A stretch of 64,000 bases of DNA from a bacterium (GCA_963675755.2 CAXXMD010000003.1:2848001-2912000), one strand, 5' to 3'; positions 38,914 to 48,261 are shown, counted from the stretch's first letter. Made by a program: numbers and translations. Notes: generated by a model from the letters alone, not told the origin.

Positions 38914-39906
38914 CTAGATCTGCGGTTTAATGACCACCGCGCCGATTGTTGCCAATTCTTTTTTCAGTTTTTCAAACATCTGTGGTCCGTCATAGGTACC
39001 CACAATGGCGCCACCACTGCCAGAGAATTTGGCACTGGCCCCAACGGATCGGGCATGTTCTACCATTTCCAGATTCATACGCGAGATGGGGAAAATCTCT
39101 TTACGTTTGTCAAAATTCTGGTTCATAATCTTACCCAGTTTGTCCGGTTCATGGTTGAGCAGGCAATCGCGTGCCTGTTCTGCCATTTCCGCAAAATACT
39201 TCATGGCATCAATTACTTTTTGATCACCAGCCATAAAACGTCCGCGCAGGTTGCCATGTGCAATGCCCGAGATTTCAGCCAGATCGCTGATATATGCCAG
39301 ATAGATAGGCGGAAGCATATTCGGATCGATGTTTTCGTAATTACCGTAACCCTGACTGTCTATCAGTTTTTTATCAAAATCCATGTAAACCAGGTTTTCG
39401 TAAACCTGAACTACGCGATCCTGCAGACCTGCCGAGATTTGCAGTTCGTCTGTTTCTACACTAAGAATAAGGTTGGGAATCAGCGGTTTGGGTATTTCAA
39501 TGCCGTAAAATGTCATTAACGCGCGTATGGTTGCGGTTACAATTGCACTTGATCCGGCAAGTCCCACCTGCACAGGTATGTTTGAGTCGTAGCGGACGGT
39601 AAAATTCTTGTCTGCCAGAACAATACCTTTGCTCTTGCAGTACTCGAAAAACTTTTTAGCCGCTGCTTTGATGAGGCGAATACCGCCGTAATACCCATGA
39701 CGTTGTACGTCTTTGACCAGGTGTTCCAGGTTTTCAAAATATGAATGGTCCCGCTGATTCGGAATGATCTCTATGTCCGGTGTTTCATACAGGGTTACTT
39801 CGGCGAAAAAATCTTTAAATGTTACAGACAGTGTCTTGCCAAAGTATCCGTCTGAAGGATTCCCCGCAAGTCCTGCACGTGTGTATGCTTTTGTTCTTAC
39901 TATCAT
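38914..39906 (-). CDS. GHMP-family sugar kinase, glucuronokinase-like
   Basis: RAGLAGNPSDGYFG, IPVQVGLAGSSA, AGLQDRV and KFSGSGGA. Start moved to MIVRT (RBS AGAGGA). Confidence 0.85.
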   Translation of the reverse strand: MIVRTKAYTRAGLAGNPSDGYFGKTLSVTFKDFFAEVTLYETPDIEIIPNQRDHSYFENLEHLVKDVQRHGYYGGIRLIKAAAKKFFEYCKSKGIVLADKNFTVRYDSNIPVQVGLAGSSAIVTATIRALMTFYGIEIPKPLIPNLILSVETDELQISAGLQDRVVQVYENLVYMDFDKKLIDSQGYGNYENIDPNMLPPIYLAYISDLAEISGIAHGNLRGRFMAGDQKVIDAMKYFAEMAEQARDCLLNHEPDKLGKIMNQNFDKRKEIFPISRMNLEMVEHARSVGASAKFSGSGGAIVGTYDGPQMFEKLKKELATIGAVVIKPQI

Positions 39907-39926
39907 ATGTTCCTCTCTAATTTTTA

Positions 39927-40772
39927 TTAGAGTTTGGATTGTATCCAATCCCACAATATATCGAGATTTTGCTTCTTTTCAACTTCGTTAAACAATTCAT
40001 GATTTGAAATCGGACAAATATACTGCTTTTTATCCTCAGTTCCAAATAAAGAAAACATTTTTGTGGCGTCATCAATGTTGATGATATTATCATTTTCGCC
40101 CAACATTAATAATATAGGGATATTTACCTGATTTGCGTTTTTATGCACATCCTCAATTACTTCCAGCATGGATAAAAAGAACGAAACGCTTGCCATATCA
40201 TGAACCAGTTCATCTTTTTTGTATTTTTCTACTTCATTGCGATCATGTGAGAGATCGTCAGGATTAATTCCGTTGGGCATGGTAAAAGAGGGAGCGATGT
40301 GGTTCAGCATTTTTGCAAGTGTGTGTTTCCATGCCGGAACCGGTACTTTGATACCAAAAGCAGGAGATGAAAACACCACTCCATTTAATAGATTGTCAGG
40401 GTATTGTAATAAAAAATCCATGGCAATTAGCCCACCCAGACTGTGTCCCAACAATATAGAAGGTTTGTCGTCCCATTTATCCCTTATATATCCGCACATG
40501 GTTTTCATGTCTCTGGCGTATTCATGGAAATGTTTTACATGACCCCGTTTACCACCGGATTTCCCATGGCCCTGGTGATCAAGCGCATACACCGCCATAC
40601 CTTTTGGCAATACAAAATCCAGTATATTGCGGTATCGCCCGGAATGCTCACCAATTCCATGAGCAATAATCAGGTTGCCAATGTGCTCTGTTTCAGGCAG
40701 CCAATATTGATAAAATATCTCAATACCGTCCTGGTTGAGAAATTCCCCGGTAGTATGATTTCTTGTTTTCAT
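39927..40772 (-). CDS. Alpha/beta hydrolase (lysophospholipase/monoacylglycerol lipase family)
   Basis: HGIGEHSGRY, DHQGHG and GHSLG motifs. Confidence 0.9.
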   Translation of the reverse strand: MKTRNHTTGEFLNQDGIEIFYQYWLPETEHIGNLIIAHGIGEHSGRYRNILDFVLPKGMAVYALDHQGHGKSGGKRGHVKHFHEYARDMKTMCGYIRDKWDDKPSILLGHSLGGLIAMDFLLQYPDNLLNGVVFSSPAFGIKVPVPAWKHTLAKMLNHIAPSFTMPNGINPDDLSHDRNEVEKYKKDELVHDMASVSFFLSMLEVIEDVHKNANQVNIPILLMLGENDNIINIDDATKMFSLFGTEDKKQYICPISNHELFNEVEKKQNLDILWDWIQSKL

Positions 40773-41473
40773 GCTTTTTCGCTTATATTGTAGGGTAATG
40801 ATTTGATAATTGTGATCTGCCTGGGAGTCACCTCTGCCTGGTATACCAGTATCTCAACTCCATGATTTATGGCTTTTGCAAGGGTTTCAGCATAGAGGGG
40901 ATCAATATCTACCGCTGGTTCAAACCTGTCCGTGTCATTGCGCTGCACAAGGTAAAACATTACCGCGCGGTGCCCCTGATCAACCATGTCCATTAGCTCT
41001 TTGAGGTGTTTGGTTCCGCGAGAGGTAACCGCATCGGGGAACAGAGCAAGGTTGTCTCTTGCCAGAGTTACGTTTTTAACCTCTACATAGCATTTTTCTT
41101 CATCTCGGGTCAGCAGAATATCTATCCGGCTGTTTTTACCGTATGCTACCTCTCGTTTAAATTCGGTATAGCCGGTTAATTCAGGGATTTGTCCTTCTAC
41201 AATGGCATCATAGACAATCTTGTTGGGGTAATGTGTATTTATACCCACCCAGGTATCGTTTATTTGTATCATTTCCCAGGTGTATTTGTGTTTGCGTTTG
41301 GGATTATCGCTTATTGAAAGCATTACCTTGCTGCCGGGGGTTTTGCAAGAAAGCATACTGCCTGAATTTGCACAAAATGCAGTTATGTTTTCACCGCTTT
41401 CCAGCTTGATATCCGCTAAAAAGCGTTTGTAGCGTTGAATCAGTGTACCTGCGTATAGCTCGGGTAATTCCAT
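40769..41473 (-). CDS. sfsA: DNA/RNA nuclease SfsA
   Basis: RYKRFLAD, NSGSM, SRIDILL, YVEVKNV and FPDAVTSRG.KHL motifs. Confidence 0.93.
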   Translation of the reverse strand: MELPELYAGTLIQRYKRFLADIKLESGENITAFCANSGSMLSCKTPGSKVMLSISDNPKRKHKYTWEMIQINDTWVGINTHYPNKIVYDAIVEGQIPELTGYTEFKREVAYGKNSRIDILLTRDEEKCYVEVKNVTLARDNLALFPDAVTSRGTKHLKELMDMVDQGHRAVMFYLVQRNDTDRFEPAVDIDPLYAETLAKAINHGVEILVYQAEVTPRQITIIKSLPYNISEKA

Positions 41474-41476
41474 ATA

Positions 41477-42034
41477 TTATTGTACCTCGTTGAACCAGGC
41501 GATCTCTTCAAGATCGTGTCTTTTCTTTGTTCTGATATTGTCAGAGTCCGGATATCCTACCGCAAACATGGCAACCGGTCTGTATTTGGCGGGTAGCTTT
41601 AAAGCTTTTTTTACACCTTTGGCACTGAACCAGCCAATCCAGCAGGTGCCAAGATCCAGTGCATGGGCTTGAAGTACAAAGTGTTCGCCGGCAATTCCGG
41701 AATCGATCAGGTAATAATTTAATCCGGTAATTTGTTTACCAATGCGGTTTGCCAGAACATCCAGTTTGGCGAGCTGTACAACCAGAACCGGGGCTTTTTC
41801 GGCCCAACGCGTTGCGGCAAAAACGCCAGTAAATGCATGTTTGGCAAGATTCGTTTTTGTTTCGGGATCATCAACAATAATGAACCGTGAAGGCTGCGAG
41901 TTTTCAGCAGAGGGTGCCAAGCGTGCTGCCTCTGCACATTGCAGCAAAATCTCACGTTCAATGGGTTTGTCAGCAAAGCGGCGCACGCTTTGTCTTTTTT
42001 TGAACAGTTCCATCATGGATTGAGAAAAATGCAT
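41477..42034 (-). CDS. Nitroreductase family protein
   Basis: RQSVRRF, AARLAPSA.NSQP, LGTCWIG and VGYP motifs. Confidence 0.92.
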   Translation of the reverse strand: MHFSQSMMELFKKRQSVRRFADKPIEREILLQCAEAARLAPSAENSQPSRFIIVDDPETKTNLAKHAFTGVFAATRWAEKAPVLVVQLAKLDVLANRIGKQITGLNYYLIDSGIAGEHFVLQAHALDLGTCWIGWFSAKGVKKALKLPAKYRPVAMFAVGYPDSDNIRTKKRHDLEEIAWFNEVQ

Positions 42035-42046
42035 TTATATTTCCGT

Positions 42047-43396
42047 TTAATGTATATTCAAGAGTTCTGAAACTGTAACCAGCTCGTAGCCGCGGGTTTG
42101 CAGGCTGTCTATCAGGGCGGGCAGCATATGGTGTACCTGATTGTCTTTGCGCTGGGTGTCCAGATGCATTAAAATAATACCACCATTTAGGCGGGATTCT
42201 TTGTCGTGATTGAAATTGAGAATTTTATCAAGTACCTGTTCCGGGGTTTTATAGATTGAAGAAGTAGAGTCTGTGACCCAATCATGTGTGTCCAGGTTTT
42301 CACCGCGACCAACAGTCCAGCCAATCTGCCGATAGCCCAATTCAGATGCCCATCTGCGGATTTCCAGATTATGCTCTCCGTAAGGAGCGCGCCAAAACCC
42401 GGCCATTTTTTCGCCGGTGATTTTGTGATAAAGGTCTGTGGTTTTAACAAGTTCTTCCTGAACAGCTTTGCGATCAACACCTTTGGATGTGGTTTGCTGG
42501 CGATTGTCTGTAAAGGTGGTTAAATGTGGATGGCTCCAGGTATGGTTGGCTATTTCGTGCCCATCCTTTACCATGCGCTTGACCAATTCGGGATAATGTT
42601 TCAAATAAGCACCGGTAAGAAATATAGTGCATTTCAGGTTCTTTTCCTGCAGGTAGTTCAGGATTTCTTCAGATGCCCCGTTACCTGCTCCGCCATCAAA
42701 GGTTAATGCTATTTTGGGAATGTTTCTGCTTCCGCGGGTAAAGTCCCGAGCCAGATAGTCGAGACGGGGAGGGCCATAAAAGGTCACCATTTTCTGCAAA
42801 ATCATGGCATTTCCATGAGAGTCAAGGCCTTGCACAATAATTTCGTTCGAGCCATAATCCAGTTTAATATCTTGAAACAAAAATTTATTGTTTTCCGGCA
42901 AAGTAACCGAATTGATCTTGCCATTGATTTTAAGACTGATGATAATACTGTCAGCCGCTTCACCTGCAATATCAACGGTGCTGGTGAGCACCATGGCATC
43001 GGGAGCTTTTAAAACTCCGGATTCTACAGCGGGAAGCATTCCTGTGGAAATTAAACTTTTTTGCTGTTCAGTACGGAGCAGCTTGATCTCTTGCGATAAA
43101 TTATGTATAGACAGGTACAGAACAATGAAAATGGATAAAATAACAAGATTGAAAATCAGTTTAACCGGACGAAAATGGATGTGAGGAAAGAGTGATGTTC
43201 TGCGTTCGGATGCTGTTTGGGGTTTTATTTTAACCAGCGCAAGAAAAGCGTGAAATAGTGAGGTTGAAAAGCATTTCAGGCTGCAAAAGGTGCGGCCCAG
43301 GAATTCAAACTGGCATTCACTGCATACATAATTATCGCAATGATGGCATTTCTTGCGTGTCTTTCTGTCCGGATGGTTTTTGCAATAATGTTCCAT
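42047..43396 (-). CDS. Membrane-anchored polysaccharide deacetylase (CE4/NodB) with N-terminal B-box-like zinc finger
   Basis: Start moved to MEHYCKNHP. Cys/His cluster, TM helix, then IALTFDGG, HEIANHTWSHPH, RAPYG, DW and IILMH. Confidence 0.85.
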   Translation of the reverse strand: MEHYCKNHPDRKTRKKCHHCDNYVCSECQFEFLGRTFCSLKCFSTSLFHAFLALVKIKPQTASERRTSLFPHIHFRPVKLIFNLVILSIFIVLYLSIHNLSQEIKLLRTEQQKSLISTGMLPAVESGVLKAPDAMVLTSTVDIAGEAADSIIISLKINGKINSVTLPENNKFLFQDIKLDYGSNEIIVQGLDSHGNAMILQKMVTFYGPPRLDYLARDFTRGSRNIPKIALTFDGGAGNGASEEILNYLQEKNLKCTIFLTGAYLKHYPELVKRMVKDGHEIANHTWSHPHLTTFTDNRQQTTSKGVDRKAVQEELVKTTDLYHKITGEKMAGFWRAPYGEHNLEIRRWASELGYRQIGWTVGRGENLDTHDWVTDSTSSIYKTPEQVLDKILNFNHDKESRLNGGIILMHLDTQRKDNQVHHMLPALIDSLQTRGYELVTVSELLNIH

Positions 43397-43567
43397 GACT
43401 CTAGGTATCCTGTTATCGTTGTTGAAAAAAATAGCGAAATTTTTTGCAAGAAAAAAGTTCTTTTTTTGGTTTAGAATATATACAGGAAAAGAGCTGTCTA
43501 TGCAAAAGAAATGATTTGAAATGTGCCAGAATATCCATATAATAAAAGAATTATTTTGAGGCAAATC

Positions 43568-44416
43568 ATGAAACAAAAGGTTCGTAAAGCCGCCTGGAGC
43601 GGTCAGTTTTATCCTGCTCCTTCTGCTGTATTGGAATCTATGATTCAGGGCTTTCTGGACAAGGTTACCGTTCAAGATAATAATAACAAGCCTATTGGTA
43701 TAATAGCCCCACACGCGGGTTACGCTTATTCCGGGCAAACGGCTGCAGCAGCCTTTGCCTATATTCAAGAGCAAGAGTATGAAACTGTAGTTGTTATTGC
43801 TCCCAGTCATGCTGAATTAATTGACGGTGTATCTGTTTTTGATGGAGACAGTTATTCAACTCCTTTGGGCAGTATTCCGGTAAATGTTGAACTTGCTAAA
43901 GAAATCTGTCAGCATGGCAATCGCTTGAATTATACCTCAATTGGGCATAGTAAATACACAAAACGTCCCGAGCATGCTTTGGAAGTGCAATTACCGTTTT
44001 TGCAGTATCTTTTAAAAGACACGTTTTCCATTGTGCCCATTGTTTTTCATGATTATGAATGGCAACTGTGCAGTGACCTTGGAATGGCAATAGCAGAATC
44101 GATTGCAGATGTACATAAAACACTATTGGTTGCGAGTACAGATCTGTATCATGGCTATTCTTATGACGAGTGTAAAAGAGTGGATGATATGACGGTACAT
44201 GCAATTCAGGACTTTGATCCGCAGGTGTTTATGCAAGGAATACATGACGATATTTATCAGGCTTGTGGAGCGGGTCCTGTAGCTGCTGTTCAGGTGGCAG
44301 CAAAAGCTATGGGTGCCAATAAAGTCAGAATAATAGATCAGACTACTTCAGCGGACCAGACCGGTATACGAGGTGATTGGACTGTTGGATACGTTTCAGC
44401 ATTGGTTACTGAATAG
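43568..44416 (+). CDS. amrB: AmmeMemoRadiSam system protein B (MEMO1 family)
   Basis: GQFYP, PHAGYAYSG, EHALEVQLPFLQ, STDLYH, ACG.GP and VGY motifs. Confidence 0.9.
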   Translation: MKQKVRKAAWSGQFYPAPSAVLESMIQGFLDKVTVQDNNNKPIGIIAPHAGYAYSGQTAAAAFAYIQEQEYETVVVIAPSHAELIDGVSVFDGDSYSTPLGSIPVNVELAKEICQHGNRLNYTSIGHSKYTKRPEHALEVQLPFLQYLLKDTFSIVPIVFHDYEWQLCSDLGMAIAESIADVHKTLLVASTDLYHGYSYDECKRVDDMTVHAIQDFDPQVFMQGIHDDIYQACGAGPVAAVQVAAKAMGANKVRIIDQTTSADQTGIRGDWTVGYVSALVTE

Positions 44417-44423
44417 GAGAAAC

Positions 44424-45311
44424 ATGGCAGAAGAAAAAATTGCAATAATTGGAACAGGAAGAGTCGGTACAGCGTTAACCAAAGCCCTGTATGAAACAGG
44501 CTTTAATATATCAGTTGTATATGATCATGATGTTGAAAAGGCTAATGAATGTGCAAGTTTGTGTGAGAACAGACCCCAGGTTGTGCCTTTTGAGCAGTTT
44601 CCGGATGATTTGAGTTTGATATTTTTTACCGTTATGGATGATAAACTTGCCGGACTCATCAAAGAAGTTTCTACTAAAATCAAAGTTTCAGATCAAACAA
44701 TTGTAACCCATTGTTCGGGAGCTTATAGTTCTCAATTGCTTGAACCCTTTGCTGACCAAACCTCTCATTTGGCATCTATACATCCGGTGCAGAGTTTTCC
44801 CGGTACTCAGGATGATTGGAAACGCCTGTTTGGTATCTATTTTGGTCTGGAAGGTGATGAAGCGGCTTTGACACGTCTGAAGAAAATTGCCAATATTATG
44901 CAAAGTCGTTTTGTTGTGATACCCACCGAGAAAAAAGTGCTTTACCATCTGGGCTGTGTAATGGCTTCTAATTATCTGGTATCTTTGATCTCAGGAGCAT
45001 TGGATGTAATGGATAATGTAGGTTTTACGCCTGAAGATGCTTTCAAGATTATTCAACCACTGGTATCTAACACATTTGAAAATATAAAGCGAGACGGCCC
45101 TTCAAAGGCGGCTACCGGTCCCATTCCTCGTGGAGATATTGGAACTGTTAAACAGCATATTCAAAATTTAGAGCAATTTCAACCCGAAATGTTGGAAATC
45201 TATACAGCTCTGGGTAAACAGCTGGTAAAAACAGTTTATAACTTGCCAAACAGCGACAAAACAACGCTGGATTCTATTAATGCATATCTGGATGACAGTA
45301 AAAAGAAATGA
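44424..45311 (+). CDS. Rossmann-like/DUF2520 oxidoreductase
   Basis: IIGTGRVG, HCSGA, HPVQSF, YHLGCVMASN and TGPIPRGD; RBS AGGAG. Confidence 0.85.
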   Translation: MAEEKIAIIGTGRVGTALTKALYETGFNISVVYDHDVEKANECASLCENRPQVVPFEQFPDDLSLIFFTVMDDKLAGLIKEVSTKIKVSDQTIVTHCSGAYSSQLLEPFADQTSHLASIHPVQSFPGTQDDWKRLFGIYFGLEGDEAALTRLKKIANIMQSRFVVIPTEKKVLYHLGCVMASNYLVSLISGALDVMDNVGFTPEDAFKIIQPLVSNTFENIKRDGPSKAATGPIPRGDIGTVKQHIQNLEQFQPEMLEIYTALGKQLVKTVYNLPNSDKTTLDSINAYLDDSKKK

Positions 45312-46168
45312 GTTTTTGTTTAGAATTTAAGAATGTTTTTTTTCAGTACACCGGTATAGGTGGATCCGATCGAAACATATTACATGATATATCTTTGACT
45401 ATTGAAAAGCCTGAATGTATTGCATTGGTTGGCCCAAGCGGGTCAGGTAAAACTACACTGGTACAGCATTTTACCGGACTTTTAAAACCGGTAAAGGGTA
45501 GTATTTATTTTAATGACCGCAATATTTGGGAAAAGCCACATCAGTTCACCGCATTACGCCAAAAAATCGGACTAGTCTTTCAATTCCCTGAATCACAGTT
45601 GTTTGAAGAAACAGTTTTCAGAGATATTGCTTTTGGTCCCGAAAAGCTGGGAGTGCCCAAAGATGAAATTACGGAACGGGTCCATTCAGCAATGAAAGCT
45701 GTGGGATTATCTTTTGATGATTTTGCAGAACGATCACCATTCAAGTTGAGTGAGGGAGAAAAGCGTCGAGTTGCTATTGCCGGTATTCTGGCTATGCAGC
45801 CCGAGATGGTTGTTATGGACGAGCCAACTGCGGGGTTAGATCCGCGAGGCGTGCGTCAGATTATTTCTATTATTGATTCGCTTGTTGAATCGGGAATTGC
45901 TGTTGTATTGATCACCCACAATATGGAACTTGTTGCAAGACTTGCCCGGCGTGTTATTGTGTTGAGAGACGGAGTAATCGTTTGGGATGATAATCCCAAA
46001 ATGTTGTTCAATGATGCCGAAATGCTTGCACAAACTCATCTGGAAGTGCCAGATACTGTTAAATTTTTAAAAGATCACCAGAGCCTGCTAAATATCGATA
46101 TTAATTCCCCACCTCTCAAAGTCCTGCTGTCGGATTATGTCAAAACTTTTAAAAATATTTACTCCTGA
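45308..46168 (+). CDS. ecfA2: Energy-coupling-factor transporter ATPase
   Basis: GPSGSGKTT, GLVFQFPESQLFEETV..DIAFGP, SPFKLSEGEKRRVAIAG and DEPTAGLDP. Confidence 0.85.
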   Translation: MSFCLEFKNVFFQYTGIGGSDRNILHDISLTIEKPECIALVGPSGSGKTTLVQHFTGLLKPVKGSIYFNDRNIWEKPHQFTALRQKIGLVFQFPESQLFEETVFRDIAFGPEKLGVPKDEITERVHSAMKAVGLSFDDFAERSPFKLSEGEKRRVAIAGILAMQPEMVVMDEPTAGLDPRGVRQIISIIDSLVESGIAVVLITHNMELVARLARRVIVLRDGVIVWDDNPKMLFNDAEMLAQTHLEVPDTVKFLKDHQSLLNIDINSPPLKVLLSDYVKTFKNIYS

Positions 46169-46174
46169 CAAGAG

Positions 46175-46211
46175 TGTTCAGGCATAATACAGACTGTTCA
46201 GTTGTTAAACA
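46175..46211. promoter_or_regulatory. Tandem TGT-N11-ACA sites, putative enhancer (UAS) for a sigma54 activator
   Basis: TGTTCAGGCATAATACA (46175-46191) and TGTTCAGTTGTTAAACA (46195-46211), 20-bp period, 130-166 bp upstream of the -24 box. Confidence 0.55.
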
Positions 46212-46340
46212 TATGTTGATAATTGTGAGTTAGAAATCTTAATTACGAAAAAGTAATTGAGGCATCGTTAATGACTATAAATACATAACTTATGTTTGAA
46301 TGGTTTGTTGTTTTTTATAGGGTTATGAAGTGAGGGTTTG

Positions 46341-46356
46341 TGGCAGACTATTTGCA
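46341..46356 (+). promoter_or_regulatory. Sigma54 -24/-12 promoter
   Basis: TGGCAGACTATTTGCA (GG-N10-GC). Confidence 0.7.
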
Positions 46357-46368
46357 CATGGACCATAG

Positions 46369-47490
46369 ATGACTATGGAAAATGGAGGTGATTTACAGAA
46401 CATGAATAACATCGGAGAGATTGAAGTATACAACCTGACAGATGTGGATTTTGATCATCTGGATACAATGACAGTATCCACGCATGGATTGACAGGATTT
46501 GAGATGTACTATCCCAAAGTCAGCAAAAATCCTGAAATTAAAAAAGTCTACGAGTTGATCAAAAAAGTTGCCAAGAGCAATGCATCTGTATTAATTCAAG
46601 GCGAAACCGGTACCGGTAAGGAATTAATAGCCGGTTCCATACAGGCGCAAAGCCTGCGTGCCAACAAACCCTTTGTTACGGTCAACTGCGCTGCACTGCA
46701 TGAAAATTTGTTAGAAAGTGAATTGTTTGGCCATGAAAAAGGTGCTTTCACCGGTGCTATTTCATCGCATTCCGGCAAGTTTGAGCAAGCAGATGGCGGG
46801 ACTTTATTTCTTGATGAAATTGGAGATATGCATCCGTCAACCCAGGCTAAAATCCTAAGGGTATTGCAAGAGCAGACTTTTAATCGCATTGGCAGCAGCA
46901 AAATGATCAAGGTGGATGTTCGTATTATTGCAGCTACCAACAAGGACTTGTGGCAGGATATAGAAGACGGTAAATTCAGAGCAGATCTTTATTATCGTTT
47001 AAATGTTGTACCCATGTATATACCCGCATTGCGCGAAAGACGTGAAGATATACCCATGCTTGCGGAATATTTTAGACATAAATTTTCAAATGAAATAAAG
47101 AAAAATGTAGGACCTTTTACTGCGGAAGCTATTGATATTCTACGAGAGCATAGCTGGACCGGTAATATTAGAGAGCTGCGCAATATTTTAGAACGTGCTG
47201 CCCTTGTTGTGCCTGAAGGAAGAGCAATTACTGCAGAGATCTTGGGCATGTCTGGTAAAGATTATTTTGGTTCAGGTGGTATTGAACGAAGACAGGCAGA
47301 GCGTACCGGTACCAATTTTAAATCGCTGAATCTGGAAGAAATAGAAAAAGAAGCTATTATTGTTGCGCTGCAACGTACCCGATGGGTACAAAAAGAGGCT
47401 GCGGCAATGTTGGGTATTTCACCCAGGGCTTTAAATTATAAAATTTCTCAACACAATATAACACATCACGGATGGAGAAAACACAGCTAA
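46369..47490 (+). CDS. Sigma54-dependent transcriptional activator without REC/GAF/PAS domain
   Basis: GETGTGKE, GAFTGA, FLDEIG, WTGNIREL and a Fis-type HTH; short acidic N-terminus. The real start may be the ATG at 46402 after GGAGG. Confidence 0.92.
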   Translation: MTMENGGDLQNMNNIGEIEVYNLTDVDFDHLDTMTVSTHGLTGFEMYYPKVSKNPEIKKVYELIKKVAKSNASVLIQGETGTGKELIAGSIQAQSLRANKPFVTVNCAALHENLLESELFGHEKGAFTGAISSHSGKFEQADGGTLFLDEIGDMHPSTQAKILRVLQEQTFNRIGSSKMIKVDVRIIAATNKDLWQDIEDGKFRADLYYRLNVVPMYIPALRERREDIPMLAEYFRHKFSNEIKKNVGPFTAEAIDILREHSWTGNIRELRNILERAALVVPEGRAITAEILGMSGKDYFGSGGIERRQAERTGTNFKSLNLEEIEKEAIIVALQRTRWVQKEAAAMLGISPRALNYKISQHNITHHGWRKHS

Positions 47491-47523
47491 CGGAAGAAAC
47501 GGATACGAGAAAATTGAAATTTT

Positions 47524-48138
47524 ATGATCACGAGAAAAAATTTTTTTGTTATATATAAACTCATCATTACAATTACATGCTCTTTGGCCTTAATCTCCCC
47601 GGTAAAGAGTCAGAATGTTTCTCTGACTGTATCCTGGAATCAAAATTCGGAAGACGATATTTTCGGTTACAAGGTTTACTGGGGGACGCGTCATCAAAAG
47701 TATGACCATCACAAGTGGGTGTCGGAGAATAATACGACACTCGATGATTTGAGAAGCGGTTTGCGTTACTATGTCGTGGTAACGGCAGTGGATTACTGGG
47801 GTAATGAAAGTGCCTTTTCAGATGAAGTTTCTCAAATCGCCGGAAGTGCAGAGGTGCCAGCGTATCTTGTCCTGGAAACCAATTATCCCAATCCATTCAA
47901 CCATGATACTGCAATCGAGTTTTCTATTCCCGAGCGGACGAATGTAAATATTCATATTTATAACCGAATTGGGCAATTGGTCAGAGATATGCGAATTGGG
48001 CCTTTGGATAGCGGCAGACATGTACGATTTTGGGACGGGTTGGATGACCAGGGAAACAGGGTATCGTCAGGAATTTATTATTATCAATTACGATCAGGAT
48101 CGGAATCGATAACAAAAAAAATGTCCCTGGTACGATAA
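47524..48138 (+). CDS. Small exported FN3 + FlgD-Ig/T9SS-type CTD protein
   Basis: Signal peptide; W..N.EDDI.GYKVYWG..YYVVVTAVD.WGNES..S; NYPNPFN..SSGIYYY..KKMSLVR. Confidence 0.85.
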   Translation: MITRKNFFVIYKLIITITCSLALISPVKSQNVSLTVSWNQNSEDDIFGYKVYWGTRHQKYDHHKWVSENNTTLDDLRSGLRYYVVVTAVDYWGNESAFSDEVSQIAGSAEVPAYLVLETNYPNPFNHDTAIEFSIPERTNVNIHIYNRIGQLVRDMRIGPLDSGRHVRFWDGLDDQGNRVSSGIYYYQLRSGSESITKKMSLVR

Positions 48139-48140
48139 TG

Positions 48141-48261
48141 GGAAACTGCAATGAATTACGTATTTGTAATTTATTTACAATTACGTAACTGGGTTTTGCA
48201 GTGTTTCCGCAAATCCTGAAAAATTTTCTATTTTTTACATGTTATTTCAGGTTTCAGGATT
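48141..48261. repeat. Intergenic inverted repeats containing tandem TTAC-N6-GTAA sites
   Basis: Long imperfect palindrome 48141-48208 (GGAAACTGCAA..TTACGTA.TTGTAA/TTACAA.TACGTAA..TTGCAGTGTTTCC) and a second AAATCCTGAAA/TTTCAGGATTT pair. Confidence 0.7.

Noticed and set aside
38860-39519. 219-aa plus-strand ORF
   Set aside because: Antisense to the GHMP kinase and starts inside a terminator.
43397-43810. N-terminal extension of the deacetylase ORF in the track
   Set aside because: It overlaps the divergent amrB gene and the AT-rich promoter region. The start at 43396 is more plausible.
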